A stretch of DNA of 64,000 bases, taken from assembly GCF_009914755.1 (NCBI RefSeq), contig NC_060947.1. One strand, given 5' to 3'. Within the stretch, counting starts at the first letter, position 1; every line of letters begins with the position of its first letter. Below, one piece after another: positions 1-12,259 of this stretch. The translations under genes were made by a program, and so were the position numbers. The DNA comes from the human T2T-CHM13v2.0 reference genome, Homo sapiens. Below the pieces are notes generated by a model that was not told where the DNA came from, made no database searches, and saw nothing but the letters and a program-made list of their open reading frames with translations.

Positions 1-2160
1 TGGGGCTACCCGATCTGACAAAGCCTTTTATATTATATGTGTCAGAGAAAGAAAAGATGGCAGTTGGAGTTTTAACCCATACTGTGGGGCCCTGGCCGAG
101 GCCAGTGGCCTACCTCTCTAAACAACTAGATGGGGTTTCTAAAGGATGGCCCCCATGTTTGAGGGCCTTGGCAGCAACTGCCCTGCTAGTACAAGAAGCA
201 GATAAGCTGACTCTTGGGCAAAACCTGAACATAAAGGCCCCCCATGCTGTGGTGACTTTAATGAATACTAAAGGACATCATTGGCTAATGAATGCTAGAC
301 TCACTAAGTACCAAAGTTTGCTCTGTGAAAATCCCCATATAACCATTGAAGTTTGTAACACCCTGAACCCCGCTACCTTGCTCCTGGTATCAGAGAGCCC
401 TGTCAAGCATGACTGTGTAGAAGTGTTGGACTCAGTTTACTCCAGCAGACCTGACCTCTGGGACCAGCCTTGGGCATCAGTAGACTGGGAACTATACGTG
501 GATGGGAGCAGCTTCATCAGCCCACAAGGAGAGAGATGTGCAGGGTATGCGGTGGTAACTCTGGACACTGTTGTTGAAGCCCGATCGTTGCCCCAGGGCA
601 CTTCAGCTCAGAAAACTGAACTCATTGCTTTAATTCAGGCCTTAGAACTCAGTGAAGGTAAGACTGTAAACATTTACACTGACTCTCGATATGCCTTTTT
701 AACCCTTCAAGTGCATGGAGCATTATATAAAGAAAAGGGTCTATTGAACTCTGGGGGAAAAGGACATAAAATATCAACAAGAAATCTTGCAATTATTAGA
801 AGCAGTATAGAAACCACACAAGGTGGCAGTTATGCATTGCAGAGGACACCAGTGGGCTTCCACCTTGGTGGGTTTGGGGAATTCCCACGCTGACTTAGAG
901 GCTCGAAAAGCAGCATCTGCCCCCTTCCGGGTATCAGTCACAGCCCCCCTGCTCCCTCAAGCACCTGATCTTGTACCTACTTATTCTAAAGAAGAAAATG
1001 GCTTTCTCCAGGCAGAGGGAGGACAAGTGATGGAGGAAGGATTGATTCGGTTACCAGATGGGAGAGTAGCTGTGCCACAGCTGCTAGAGCTGCAGTTGTA
1101 CTGGCTGTCCATGAAACCACCCATCTAGGTCAGGAATCACTTGAAAAGTTGTTAGGCTGGTATTTCTACATCTCGCATTTGTCAGCCCTTGCCAAAACGG
1201 TGACCCAGCGGTGTGTTACCTGCCGACAGCATAATGCGAGGCAAGGTCTAGCTGTTCCACCTGGTATACAAGCTTATGGAGCAGCCCCCTTTGAAGATCT
1301 GGATCCAGGTGGACTTCACAGAGATGCCAAAGTGTGGAGGTAACAAGTATTTACTAGTTCTTGTGTGTACCTACTCTGGGTGGGTGGAGGCTTATCCAAC
1401 ACGAACTGAGAAAGCTCGTGAAGTAACTCGTGTGCTTCTTTGAGATCTTATTCCTAGATTTGGACTGCCTTTATGGATCGGCTCAGATAACGGGCCGGCA
1501 TTTGTGGCTGACTTGGTACAGAAGATGGCAAAGGTATTGGGGATCACATGGAAACTGCATGCTGCCTACCGGCCTCAGAGTTCCAGAAAGGTGGAGCGGA
1601 TGAATCGGACTATCAAAAATAGTTTAGGGAAAGTATGTCAGGAAACAGGATTAAAATGGATACAGGCTCTCCCTATGGTATTATTTAAAATTAGATATAC
1701 CCCTTCTAAAAGAACAGGATATTCCCCTTATGAAATATTATATCATAGGCCCCCTCCTATATTGCGGGGACTTCCAGGCACTCCCAGAGAGTTAGGTGAA
1801 ATTGAGTTACAGTGACAGCTACAGGCTTTAGGAAAAATTACACAAACAATCTCAGCCTGGGTAAATGAGAAATGCCCTGTTAGCTTATTCTCCCCAGTTC
1901 ACCCTTTCTCCCCAGGTGATCGAGTGTGGATCAAGGACTGGAACGTAGCCTTTTTGTGTCCACGGTGGAAAGGACCCCAGACTGTCGTCCTGACCACTCC
2001 CACCACTGTGAAGGTAGAGGGAATCCCAGCCTGGATCCACCACAGCCATGGAAAACCTACAGCACCTGAAACCTGGGAGGCAAGACCAAGCCCAGACAAC
2101 CCTTGCAGAGTGACCCTGAAGAAGACGACAAGCCCTGCTCCAGTCACACCTGGAAGCTGA
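1..2160 (+). pseudogene. pol: HERV-E pol remnant (RT connection/tether, RNase H, integrase); 5' part outside window
   Basis: RNase H motifs LYVDGSS, SAQKTELIAL and NIYTDSRYAF; integrase zinc-binding CVTC and core QVDFT / IGSDNGPAF / KVERMN; C-terminal [15 protein letters not shown]. Frameshifts near 760, 1085 and 1300; in-frame TGA at 1442 and 1813. Confidence 0.95.
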
Positions 2161-2182
2161 CTGGTCCACACATGGCTGAAGC

Positions 2183-4237
2183 ATGAGGAAGCTCATCATG
2201 GGATTCATTTTTCTTAAATTTTGGACTTATACAGTAAGGGCTTCAACTGACCTTACTCAAACTGGGGACTGTTCCCAGTGTATTCATCAGGTCACCGAGG
2301 TAGGACAGCAAACTAAAACAATCTTTCTGTTCTATAGTTATTATGAATGTATGGGAACATTAAAAGAAACTTGTTTGTATAATGCCAGTCAGTACAAGGT
2401 ATGTAGCCTGGGAAATGACTGACCTGATGTGTGTTATAACCCATCTGAGCCCCTTGCAACCATCGTTTTTAAAATAAGATTAAGAAATGGCCTTTTCCTA
2501 GGTGATACAAGGAAAATAATAACTAGAACAGAAGAAAAAAGGAACCCCCAAACAAATAACTTTAAGATGTGATGCTTGTGCAGCCATTAATAGTAAAAAG
2601 CTAGGAATAGGATGTGGTTCTCTTAACTGGGAAAGGAGCTACAGAGTAGAAAATAAATATGTTTGTCATGAGTCAGGGGTTTATGAAAATTGTGCCTGTT
2701 GGCCATGTGTTATTTGAGCTACTTGGAAAAAGAACAAAAAGGACCCAGTTTATCTTCAGAAGGGGGAAGCCAACCCCTCCTGTGCTGCCGGTCACTGTAA
2801 CCCACTAGAACTAATAATTACCAATCCCCTAGATCCCCGTTGGAAAAACGGAGAACGTGTAACCCTGGGGATCGATGGGACAGGGTTAAACCCCCAAGTT
2901 GCCATTTTAATTAGAGGGGAGGTCCCCAAGCGCTCTCCCAAACCAGTATTTCAAACCTTTTATGAGGAGCTGAATCTGCCAGCACCAGAACTTCCAAAAA
3001 AGACAAAAAATTTGTTTCTCCAATTAGCAGAAAATGTAGCTCATTCCCTTAAAGTTACTTCTTGTTATGTATGCAGGGGAACCACTATCGGAGACCGATG
3101 GCCTTGGGAAGCCCGAGAGTTGGTGCCTACTGATCCAGCTCCTGACATAATTCCAGTTCAGAAGGCCCAAGCTAGCAACTTCTGGGTCTTAAAAACCTCA
3201 ATTATTGGACAATACTGTATAGCTAGAGAAGGGAAAGACTTTATCATCCCTGTAGGAAAGCTTAATTGTATAGGACAGAAGTTGTATAACAGCACAACAA
3301 AGACAATTACTTGTTGGGGCCTAAACCACACTGAAAAGAATCCATTTAGTAAATTTTCTAAGTTAAAAACTGCTTGGGCTCATCCAGAATCTCATCAGGA
3401 CTGGATGGCTCCCGCTGGACTATACTGGATATGTGGGCACAGAGCCTATATTCGGTTACCTGATAAATGGGCAGGCAGTTGTGTTATTGGCACTATTAAG
3501 CTGTGCTTTTTCTTATTACCCATAAAAACGGGTGAGCTCCTAGGTTTCCCCATCTATGCCTCCCAAGAAAAGAGAGGCATAGTTATAGGAAACTGGAAAG
3601 ATAATGAGTGGCCCCCTGAAAGGATCATACAGTATTATGGGCCTGCCACATGGGCACAAGACGGCTCATGGGGATACCGAACCCCCATCTACATGCTCAA
3701 TCGGATCATACGGTTGCAGGCCATCTTAAAAATAATTACTAATGAAACTGGCAGAGCTTTGACTGTTTTGGCTTGGCAAGAAACCCAAATGAGGAATGCT
3801 ATCTATCAGAATAGACTGGCCTTGGACTACTTGCTAGCAGCTGAAGGAGGAGTTTGTGGAAACTTTAACTTAACCAATTGCTGCCTACAAATAGATGATC
3901 AAGGACAGGTGGTTGAAAACATAGTCAGGGACATGACAAAGGTGGCACATGTGCCTGTACAGATTAAACTGTACACGAGTTTAATCCTGAGTCTTTATTT
4001 GGAAAATGGTTTCCAGCTATGGGAGGATTTAAAACCCTCATTGTAGGTGTATTGCTAGTAATAGGAACTTGCTTGCTGCTCCCCTGTGTATTACCCTTGC
4101 TTTTTCAAATAATAAAAGGTTTTGTTGCTATTTTGGTTCATCAGAAAACTTCAGCACACGTGTATTATATGAATCACTATCGCTCTATCTCGCAAAGAGA
4201 CTCAAAAAGTGAGGATGAGAGTGAGAACTCCCACTAA
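2183..4237 (+). pseudogene. env: HERV-E env (disrupted)
   Basis: Signal peptide MRKLIMGFIFLKFWTYTVRAS matches the recalled HERV-E Env N-terminus. SU/TM boundary QEKR|GIVIG, immunosuppressive domain YQNRLALDYLLAAEGGVC with CX7CC, TM anchor LIVGVLLVIGTCLLLPCVL. Stops at 2420 and 2715; frameshifts at ~2540 and ~3965. Confidence 0.93.
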
Positions 4238-4252
4238 AAAGTGAAAATTCTC

Positions 4253-4264
4253 AAAGGGGGGAAA
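4253..4264 (+). other. Polypurine tract of HERV-E provirus
   Basis: Purine run AAAGGGGGGAAA immediately 5' of the LTR start TGTGG. Confidence 0.85.
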
Positions 4265-4757
4265 TGTGGTATGAGACCACCACTTCTCCTGTTGTCCTTC
4301 CCAGTTTCTCCCCTACCTCCCCTTTTCCCTAGTTTATAAGACAGGAGAAAAGGGAGAAAGCAAAAAGTTGGAAAGAAACAGAAGATAAATAACTAGATGA
4401 CCTTGGCGCCACCACCTGGCCCTGGTGGTTAAAATAATAATAATATTAACCCCTGACCAAAACTACTGGTGTTATCTGTAAATTCCAGACATTGTATGAG
4501 AAAGCACTGTAAAACTTTTTATTCTGTTAGCTAATGTATGTAGCCCCCAGTCATGTTCCTCACGCTTACTTAATCTATTATAACTCTTTCACGTAAACCC
4601 CTTAGAGTTATAAGCCCTTAAAAGGGCTTGGAATTTCTTTTTCGGGGAGCTCGGCTCTTAAGACATGAGTCTGCTGACGCTCCCAGCTGAATAAAAAAAC
4701 CTCTTCCTTCTTTAATTCAGTGTCTGAGGAGTTTTGTCTGCGACTCGTCCTGCTACA
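4265..4757 (+). mobile_element. HERV-E 3' LTR (LTR2 family, probably an LTR2B/2C-type variant)
   Basis: TG...TGCTACA termini, follows the PPT, AATAAA at 4690-4695. The 3' half is clearly homologous to the LTR2 at 56369. Confidence 0.9.
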
Positions 4758-5425
4758 CCATGAGGAAGATGACTTCATTCTTCTATCTCTAGATAAGGTT
4801 GCCCATAGAAACCTTATGCCTGTCATGCCAAACTTTGATAGAATAATGAATATAATCACATCATAATGACGAATAGAGAAACTTAGCCCGAGCATTGCTA
4901 CCGGAGGTCATGATCAGAATGGCTGTGCTCTCTAACACATTTATTCATTAGAGTCAGATCTAGATGAGTTATAATCACATCGCTTTTCTCATGTAACCCC
5001 AGTCTGTTGACATAAACTTTATTTTTAAATGTTGATCCTAAACCAATTCCAGGAGCACAAAATACCTTAATTTTCATTTTACTTCTCAGCATGTCCTTTA
5101 AGGTACATCCAAGCTATAGGAGAAGAGTATATAATTCAGCTGAATATCAAAATGTCATATTATACTTCAAGGAAAACACAAGCGTTCCTGTAGACAGTGA
5201 CTACTTTTACATCAGAACTTACTAGTGAGTTGTCAATTAGCTGAAGACCAACTTCCATCATAAGCTGCACACTGACACATCCAGACCCCAGGAACGTGGC
5301 AAAATACATGTACCCTGTGAGTGCCATTGAGCTTGCAAGTGGAGTAGGAAGTCGGATTCCCAGACAAATATGTATTTCTCTCTCCTGGCTGCTCTCAGAT
5401 CAAGTTCATGACATAAAATGATTTT

Positions 5426-8400
5426 CTAGAAAACGGCAGAAAGATGGCTGACTAGATGCAGCTAGTACACACCTCCTCCATGGAGAGGAACCAAAATTAC
5501 AAGTAGATGTTAACGCTTTAAATAGACTGTCTAAGACAGAACACTGGGATTCAACAGTGACGTAAAGAGAAGCCCTGAAAGCAAGTAAGGAGAGGAAAGT
5601 GAGGCAGCCTGCTGGGCCAGGATAGGCTGGGAGCCAGGAGAAGCTCCCAGATGTGGCGAAAGTGTAAGAGAGAAACCTCCAGGACTTCAAATTCCTGCCA
5701 TGATCTTTTACAATCTTAGTCATGGGGGAACTCCTTAACCTACAGGGACCTTGAGACTACATAGGGAGCTGTCTAGAAACTGCACTGAGGCATTGCTTCA
5801 AACAGGGAACTCACACAGAGTCTCACAGTCATCTAAGCCCTGAGCAATTGCAGGTTGGAACCATTCTGAAAGCCGCCTCTAAAGGACTGTATACTGCCTT
5901 GCCATGCTGCCACTGTCATGCTGCCACTGCCACCACCAGGCCAAGGAGGGAGAGTAGAAGTGGACACTTTCACTTGCTTTGAGGACAAATCCCACCACTG
6001 TTGCAGTTGGTTGCTGTGGGGAAAAGGCACAAACTGCACTCTCCACAGCTACTTGCCTATGCTGCTCCAGCTGAGAGTTACCCTGTCTCCCTAGTGCCAA
6101 GCCCACGGTCAGCACTATTCTGAAAGCCTAGCCTCCAAATGTCTGTGTCCTGCCTGGGGCTGGGGCTGATGCTGTCTCAGCCAGGTCAAGGAGTGAGAGG
6201 GGAGCCTAGGTACTTTCATGTGCTTCCCACTGACAAATCCCACTGCTCCTGTGGGTGCTGCTGTGGGACGAAGACATGAGCAAAGTGCACTCCCCCTAGC
6301 TACCTGCCTCTGTTGTTCTAACTGAAAGGGGCTCCACATTCCCTGGTAGCAGGCCCACAAGGCAACTGATACTGCCCACACGTGAGCATTTCACCAGCAG
6401 GCTGGGGCCATTCTGCCCATGCCTATTATAGCCAGAGCTTAAACATACTACCAGGAAAACTGAGGACAGGTCCTCCAGTACTCAAACATGCCATTCAGGG
6501 GCCTGGAAACTGCCCAGTCTAGTTTATACCACTGGTACCTAAACACTCCTCCTGGAATCTGATGTTGGGCCAACCAAACCTGCTGATACCACCACAGCTA
6601 TCACACACCCACATGTGCCACAAGCAGGCCAGGGGACTGGCCTAATCAACCTGTCACAGCCACTGCCAACACCAGCACAGACCGCTTGGGTTCCAGTGGA
6701 TTGCTCCACCACTGCTACTGCCATCACCCACATCACACCAGCTTCCCAGGGGCCTGGGAACTTTCACACATACCTGGCCCACTGCTGTCATTACCAGCAT
6801 CCAAGCAAACCACCTGGAGTCCCAAGAATTGGCCACCATGGGATACAGCAAAGCAATGCTAAGAGGAAAGTTTATTGCAACATATGCATACATAAAATAA
6901 GTTAAAAAATTATGAATTAACAATCTCACAATACACCTCAAGGAACTAGAAAAGCAAGAACAAACCAAACCCCAAATTAGCAGCAGAAAAGAAATGATAA
7001 TGATTAGAGCAGAAATAAATGAATGGTGACTAAAAAAAATACAACGGATTAATAAAATAAAAAGTTGGTTCTTTGAAAAGATAAACCAAGTTAATAAACT
7101 CTAGCTAGACTAACCAAATAAAGAAGTGGGAAGACCCAAATAAGCAAAATCAGGAATGCAAAAGTAGACATTACAACTAATACCACAGAAACTTAAAAAG
7201 ATTATCAAAGACTATTGTGAACAACTATATATTAACAAACTGGAAAACCTAAAGGAAATTGATAAGTTCCCAGAAAAGAACAACCTACCAAGGTTGAATC
7301 AGGAAGAAGTAGAAAACCTAAACAGACTAATAATGAGTAGCAAGATTGAATCAGCAACAAAGATTCTCCCAATAAAGGAAAGCCAGGGACCAAACAGATT
7401 CACAGCCAAATTCTACCAAACCTACAAAGAAGAACTAATACTAATCTTCCCGAGAACTATTCCAAAAAAAAATTGAGGGGGAAGAAATTATCTATAACTC
7501 ATTCTATCCGGCCAGCATTTCCCTGACACCAAAACCAGACAAGGGCACAACGAGAAAAATGATAACTACAGGCCAATATCCCAAATGAACACAGACACAA
7601 AAATCCTCAACAAAATACCAGCAAACTGAATCCAACAGCACATTAGAGAGATATACACCATCATCAAGTGAAACTTACATCAGGGATGCAAAAGTGGTTC
7701 AACATATGCAAATAAATACATATAATATATCACATTAAGAGAATGAAGGACAAAAACCATAAGATCATCTCAATAGATGCAGAAAAAACATTAGATAAAA
7801 TTCAATATTTCTTCATAAAAACCCCCAACAAATAAGGCATAGAAGGAACATACCTCAAAATAATAAAGTCCATTGGTGTAGTTTGGATATCTGTGTCCTT
7901 AAAACCTCATGTTGAAATTTGTTCCCTAATGTTGGAGGAGGAATTTGATGGCAAGTGTTTAGGTCATGAGGTTTTATGCCTCATGAATGACTTGGTGCCA
8001 TCCCCAAGGTAATGAGTGGGTTCTTGATCTATTAGTTTACACCACCACAACTGGCTGGTTAAATGAGTGTGGCTCCCCTTCCCTCTTTATCTGTTTCTTA
8101 CCCTCTTGCCATATGATGTCTGCTCCTCTTCCTCTTCCACCATGATTGGAAGCTACTTAAGGTCCTCACCAGAAGCAGATGCTGTTGTCATGCTTCATAT
8201 ACAACCTGCAGAACAATAAGCCAAATAAACCTTTTTTTCTTTATAAATTTTCCATCCTTGGGTATTTATCTATAGCTATCCAAAATGAACTAAGACAGTC
8301 CTATGTGACAAACCCCCCATTAACATCACACTGAATGGCAGAAAGTTGAAATCTTTTCCTTTAAAAACTGGATCAAGGTAAGGATGCCAACTTTTACCAC

Positions 8401-10500
8401 TCTTATTCAACATAGTTCTAGAAGTCCTAGACACAGCAATTAGACAAGAGAAATAAATAAAAGTCATCCAAATTGAAAAGGAGTAAGTCAAATTGTCCCT
8501 CTTTGGTGATGATATGATCTTATGTCTAGAAAAAAACTAAAGACTTAATACTAAAGAACTCACATTTAATAAGGAATTCAGTAAAGTTGCAGGAAGCAAA
8601 ATCAAAATACAAAGTCAGTAGCATTTCTGTACACCAAATGATCTAGCAGAGAAAGAAATCAAGAATTCAATACCATTTACAATAGCTATAAAAATAAAAT
8701 ATCTAGGAAAAATTTAGCAAAGGATGTGAAATATCTCTACAAAGAAAAATACAAAAAACTGATGAAAGTAATTGAAGATGACACACACAAATGGACAAAC
8801 AGCCCATGTTCATGGATTGGAAGAATTGATATCATTAAAGGGGCCATGTTGCCCAAAGCACTCTACAGATTCAATGTAATCCCTATCAAAATACCAAGGC
8901 ATTCTTTCACATAATTAAAAACAAACAATTCTAAAATTTACATAGAACCAAAAAAGGGCACAAATAGACAAGGCAATCCTGAGCAATAAGACAAAAGTGG
9001 AGGCACCATTTTATCTGACTTCAAAATATATTACAAAGCTAGAGTAACCAGAACAGCATAGTATTGATATGAAAAATAGACATATAGGCTAATGTAACAG
9101 GATAGAGAGCCCAGAAATGAAACCACATGTTTACAGTCAACTGATCTTCAACAAAGGGGACAATAATTCACATTGGATAAAGAAACCCTCTTCAATAAAT
9201 GGTGTGGGGAAAATTGGATAGACACATGTGAAAGAATGAAACTGGACCTCTACCTTTCACAATATACAAAAATTAACTCAAAATGAATTAAAGACTTAAC
9301 TGTAAGACCTGAAACTATAAAAATACTAGAAGAAATCCCAAGGAAAACTCTTCTGGACATCGGTCTAGGGAGATAGTTTATGACTAAGACCTCAAAAGCA
9401 CACACACACACACACAAAAATCCAAATGAGACTTAACTATAAAGCTTCTGCATAGCAAAATAAATAAATCAACAGGGTGAAGAAGTAGGTGTTGAGTGGA
9501 AAGAAACACTTGCAAACTGGCTCTGACAAATGACTAATATCCAGAATCGACAAGAAACTCAAACAACCCAACAAGAAAAAAGTAAGTAACTCTGTTAAAA
9601 AGTGGGCAAAGAACATGAAGAAATACTTCCCCAAAGAAGACATACAAGTGGCCAACAAACATATTTAAAAAAATGGTAAACATCACTAATAATCAGATAA
9701 ATTAAAATTAAAACTACAATGATAGAGAATCTTACTCAAGTCAGAATGGCTATTGTTAAAAAGACAAAAAGGAAATGATATTGTCAAGGATGCAGGAAAA
9801 AAGGGCACTCTTTTACACTGTTCATGGAAATGTAAACTAGTAAAACTATTATGGAGAGAAGTATGGAGATTTCCCCAAACACTAAAAATAGAATTACCAT
9901 TTGATCTAGCAATCTCACTACTGGCTATCTACCCAAAAATACAGAGATTAATATACTAAAGGCATACCTGCAGTTACATGTTTATTGCAGCACTATTCAC
10001 AATAGCAAAGATATGGAATTGACCTAAGTATCTATCAAAGCGTGGATAAAAAAAGAATGTGGTATATATACATAGTGGAATATAGTTTAGTCATGAAAAA
10101 GAATGAAATTATGTCATTTTCAGCAGTATGGATAGAACTGGAGGTCATTATCTTAAGTGAAATAACACAAGCACAAAAAGACAAATATCACAAGTTCTCA
10201 CATATATGTGGGAGCTAATGTATTTTATCACATGGAGGTAGAGAATGGAAAGACAGACAGATAAACACTGGGAAGGATGAGTTGGGGAATAGGGTGGATG
10301 AAAAGAAGTTGGTTAATAGGTACAATTGAATAAAACATTGAATAAATTTAGTGTTTGATAGCAGAGTAGGGTGATTATATTGAACAAAAATGTACTGTAC
10401 TCAGGTGATGGACATACCAAATACCCTGCCTTAATCACTATGTGTTATATACAAGTAACAAAATTTTTCATGTACTCCCATAAATTTGTGCAAATTAAAA
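5426..10500 (+). mobile_element. Old L1 (L1MA3-like 3' end) with 5'UTR, internally deleted (no ORF1 or endonuclease)
   Basis: GATGGCTGACTAGA-type 5' end, degenerate ORF2 from ~6838, L1MA-type 3'UTR and A tail; flanking direct repeat AAAATGATTTT at 5415-5425 and 10501-10511. Confidence 0.85.
7874..8297 (+). mobile_element. MaLR solo LTR (MST-type) inserted in L1 ORF2
   Basis: TGGTGTAGTTTGGATAT...AATAAACC...ACTAAGACA; L1 ORF2 is collinear on both sides. Confidence 0.85.
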
Positions 10501-10783
10501 AAAATGATTTTGTGTGTATGCATTTGCAATAGATTCTGTACATGGAAGTTGATTTCCTTCATGGCACTGTGATTTCCCTCAGCTTAATTGGAGAAATCCA
10601 TGTGGAGACTTCCCTGCCTCTCATCATTCTACTTAAGAAATGAAATTAATAAGAAGCCAGTGTTTGTGGCAAAAAAAAATGGAAAAGAAGGAACAATTAT
10701 GTGGTGCATTTTGGCTATATAAAAGCAAATTCAGAAAGGTGGAGGAAATAATACAGAATATAGAGCAAAAATGTGTAGGCTCT

Positions 10784-11234
10784 CTGTCAATTCAAACAGG
10801 CTAAGTTGTTATAAGAACAAACTCCAAAATCTCAGTGGCTTAAATAAAATAGCAAAGGCTTATTTCTTACTGCTGTTACTTATCCACTATAGATTAACCA
10901 CAGATATGTTGGGAAACCAAAAGTTGAGGAATTCTGTCTGCTCCACATAATCATCACTCAGGCTTATGAAAGCTCCATCAAGTCAAAATGCTTTCAGCTC
11001 AATACAAAATTCCAGAATCCATTGCAACATCAGAAGACAGGGCTGGGAAGTTGAGCATGAGCATTTCCATGCTTTGTCCTGAAAGAGATATGTCACTTTT
11101 GATCTTTTTACATTAGGCAAAACTAGCCATATGGTCTCTTCTAACCTCAAGGAGGTGTGAAAGTGTAATTCTTCATGTACCTGGAAGAAAAAGAGAACTG
11201 AATATATTGGTGGGTGCTAATATTGGCTCCCACA
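10784..11234 (-). mobile_element. Old MaLR LTR (MLT1-type)
   Basis: AAAATCTCAGTGGCTTAAA..AAAGGCTTATTTCTTACT motif typical of antisense MLT1 LTRs. Confidence 0.55.
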
Positions 11235-11254
11235 GTTTTCATCATGACTACCAC

Positions 11255-11430
11255 TTCTGGCTGTACATCCTTGGGAAAATTACTAAACCCTTTTGAGTCT
11301 CAGATTCCTCATTGTAAAATGGGTATAATAATTTTATCTTGTAGTAATTTATAAGTTTGAAATGAGATAAATCTTTAAAGAATTGGACAGAGAGTCCCAC
11401 ACATAGTATTTATTCAATTAACAATGGTCA
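11255..11430 (+). mobile_element. MIR SINE
   Basis: Core CCTTGGGAAAATTACT..GAGTCTCAGATTCCTCATTGTAAAATGGG. Confidence 0.75.
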
Positions 11431-12192
11431 TTTTAGTTCAGAGGGAAAAAGTCAGCTCTTACCATCTAGTCTTGAATTACCCAGGTTTATTATCTATATA
11501 GACAAGAATCAATACCTTTAAGCCAAATATTCCCATCACTGTATATTTGGCCTGAAAATATTGGTTTTTATAATGGTTTCTCTCTAGACCTTCTAGACCT
11601 GAGAAAAGAGAATTTATGATCAATCAAAATACTACTACTATTGGCATAACTATTGTTATATGTTAAACATAGCAAAAAACTTGTAGAACAACTGTTCAGA
11701 TTAGTAAAAAAAAACCTTTTTAACATATGGCATATTTGTAGTTACTATGTATATATGTTTTTGCTGCTTTGGGGATATAGAGGTTTGATTAATTATATCT
11801 TTAGTAGCTTTTATGGGGTGGTTAATATTCCATGTTTTAGGTTTACCTTGTATTTGTCACAATCTGTGCATGGTATCTTGCCTACCACTTCCTTTATTAT
11901 TGCCTCAGACCATGTAAGATGGTGATCTGTATATGACAGGGATCGAATGAATGTACATTGACTACTGGTGGCGTGGCTTCTGTAGTTCTGATTAATAAAA
12001 CTGACACAATTATTAAGCATTAAGACTCAAATCATTTTGGATGGATACATTTCTAAAATGTGCATATATCTCTACCTTTTAAACAGGAAAATGAAAATAC
12101 CCTTTGATGATCTTTTGCATTTCCTCAAATTTAAACAACTCAAATTTATCTACCATATTCTTATGATCCAAGACAACTATTCAGCCTTTGGT

Positions 12193-12218
12193 TTTTTTTT
12201 TTTTTTTTTTTTTTTTTT
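12193..12218. repeat. poly(T) tract
   Basis: Directly visible run of about 26 T. Confidence 0.95.
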
Positions 12219-12259
12219 GAGCCCCAGATATATACAAACAGGGCATCTTTATCAGACTA

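Noticed and set aside
1-4757. Identification as a specific named HERV-E locus (e.g. CT-RCC HERV-E or clone 4-1)
   Set aside because: The family is clear, but locus identity cannot be established without alignment to the genome.
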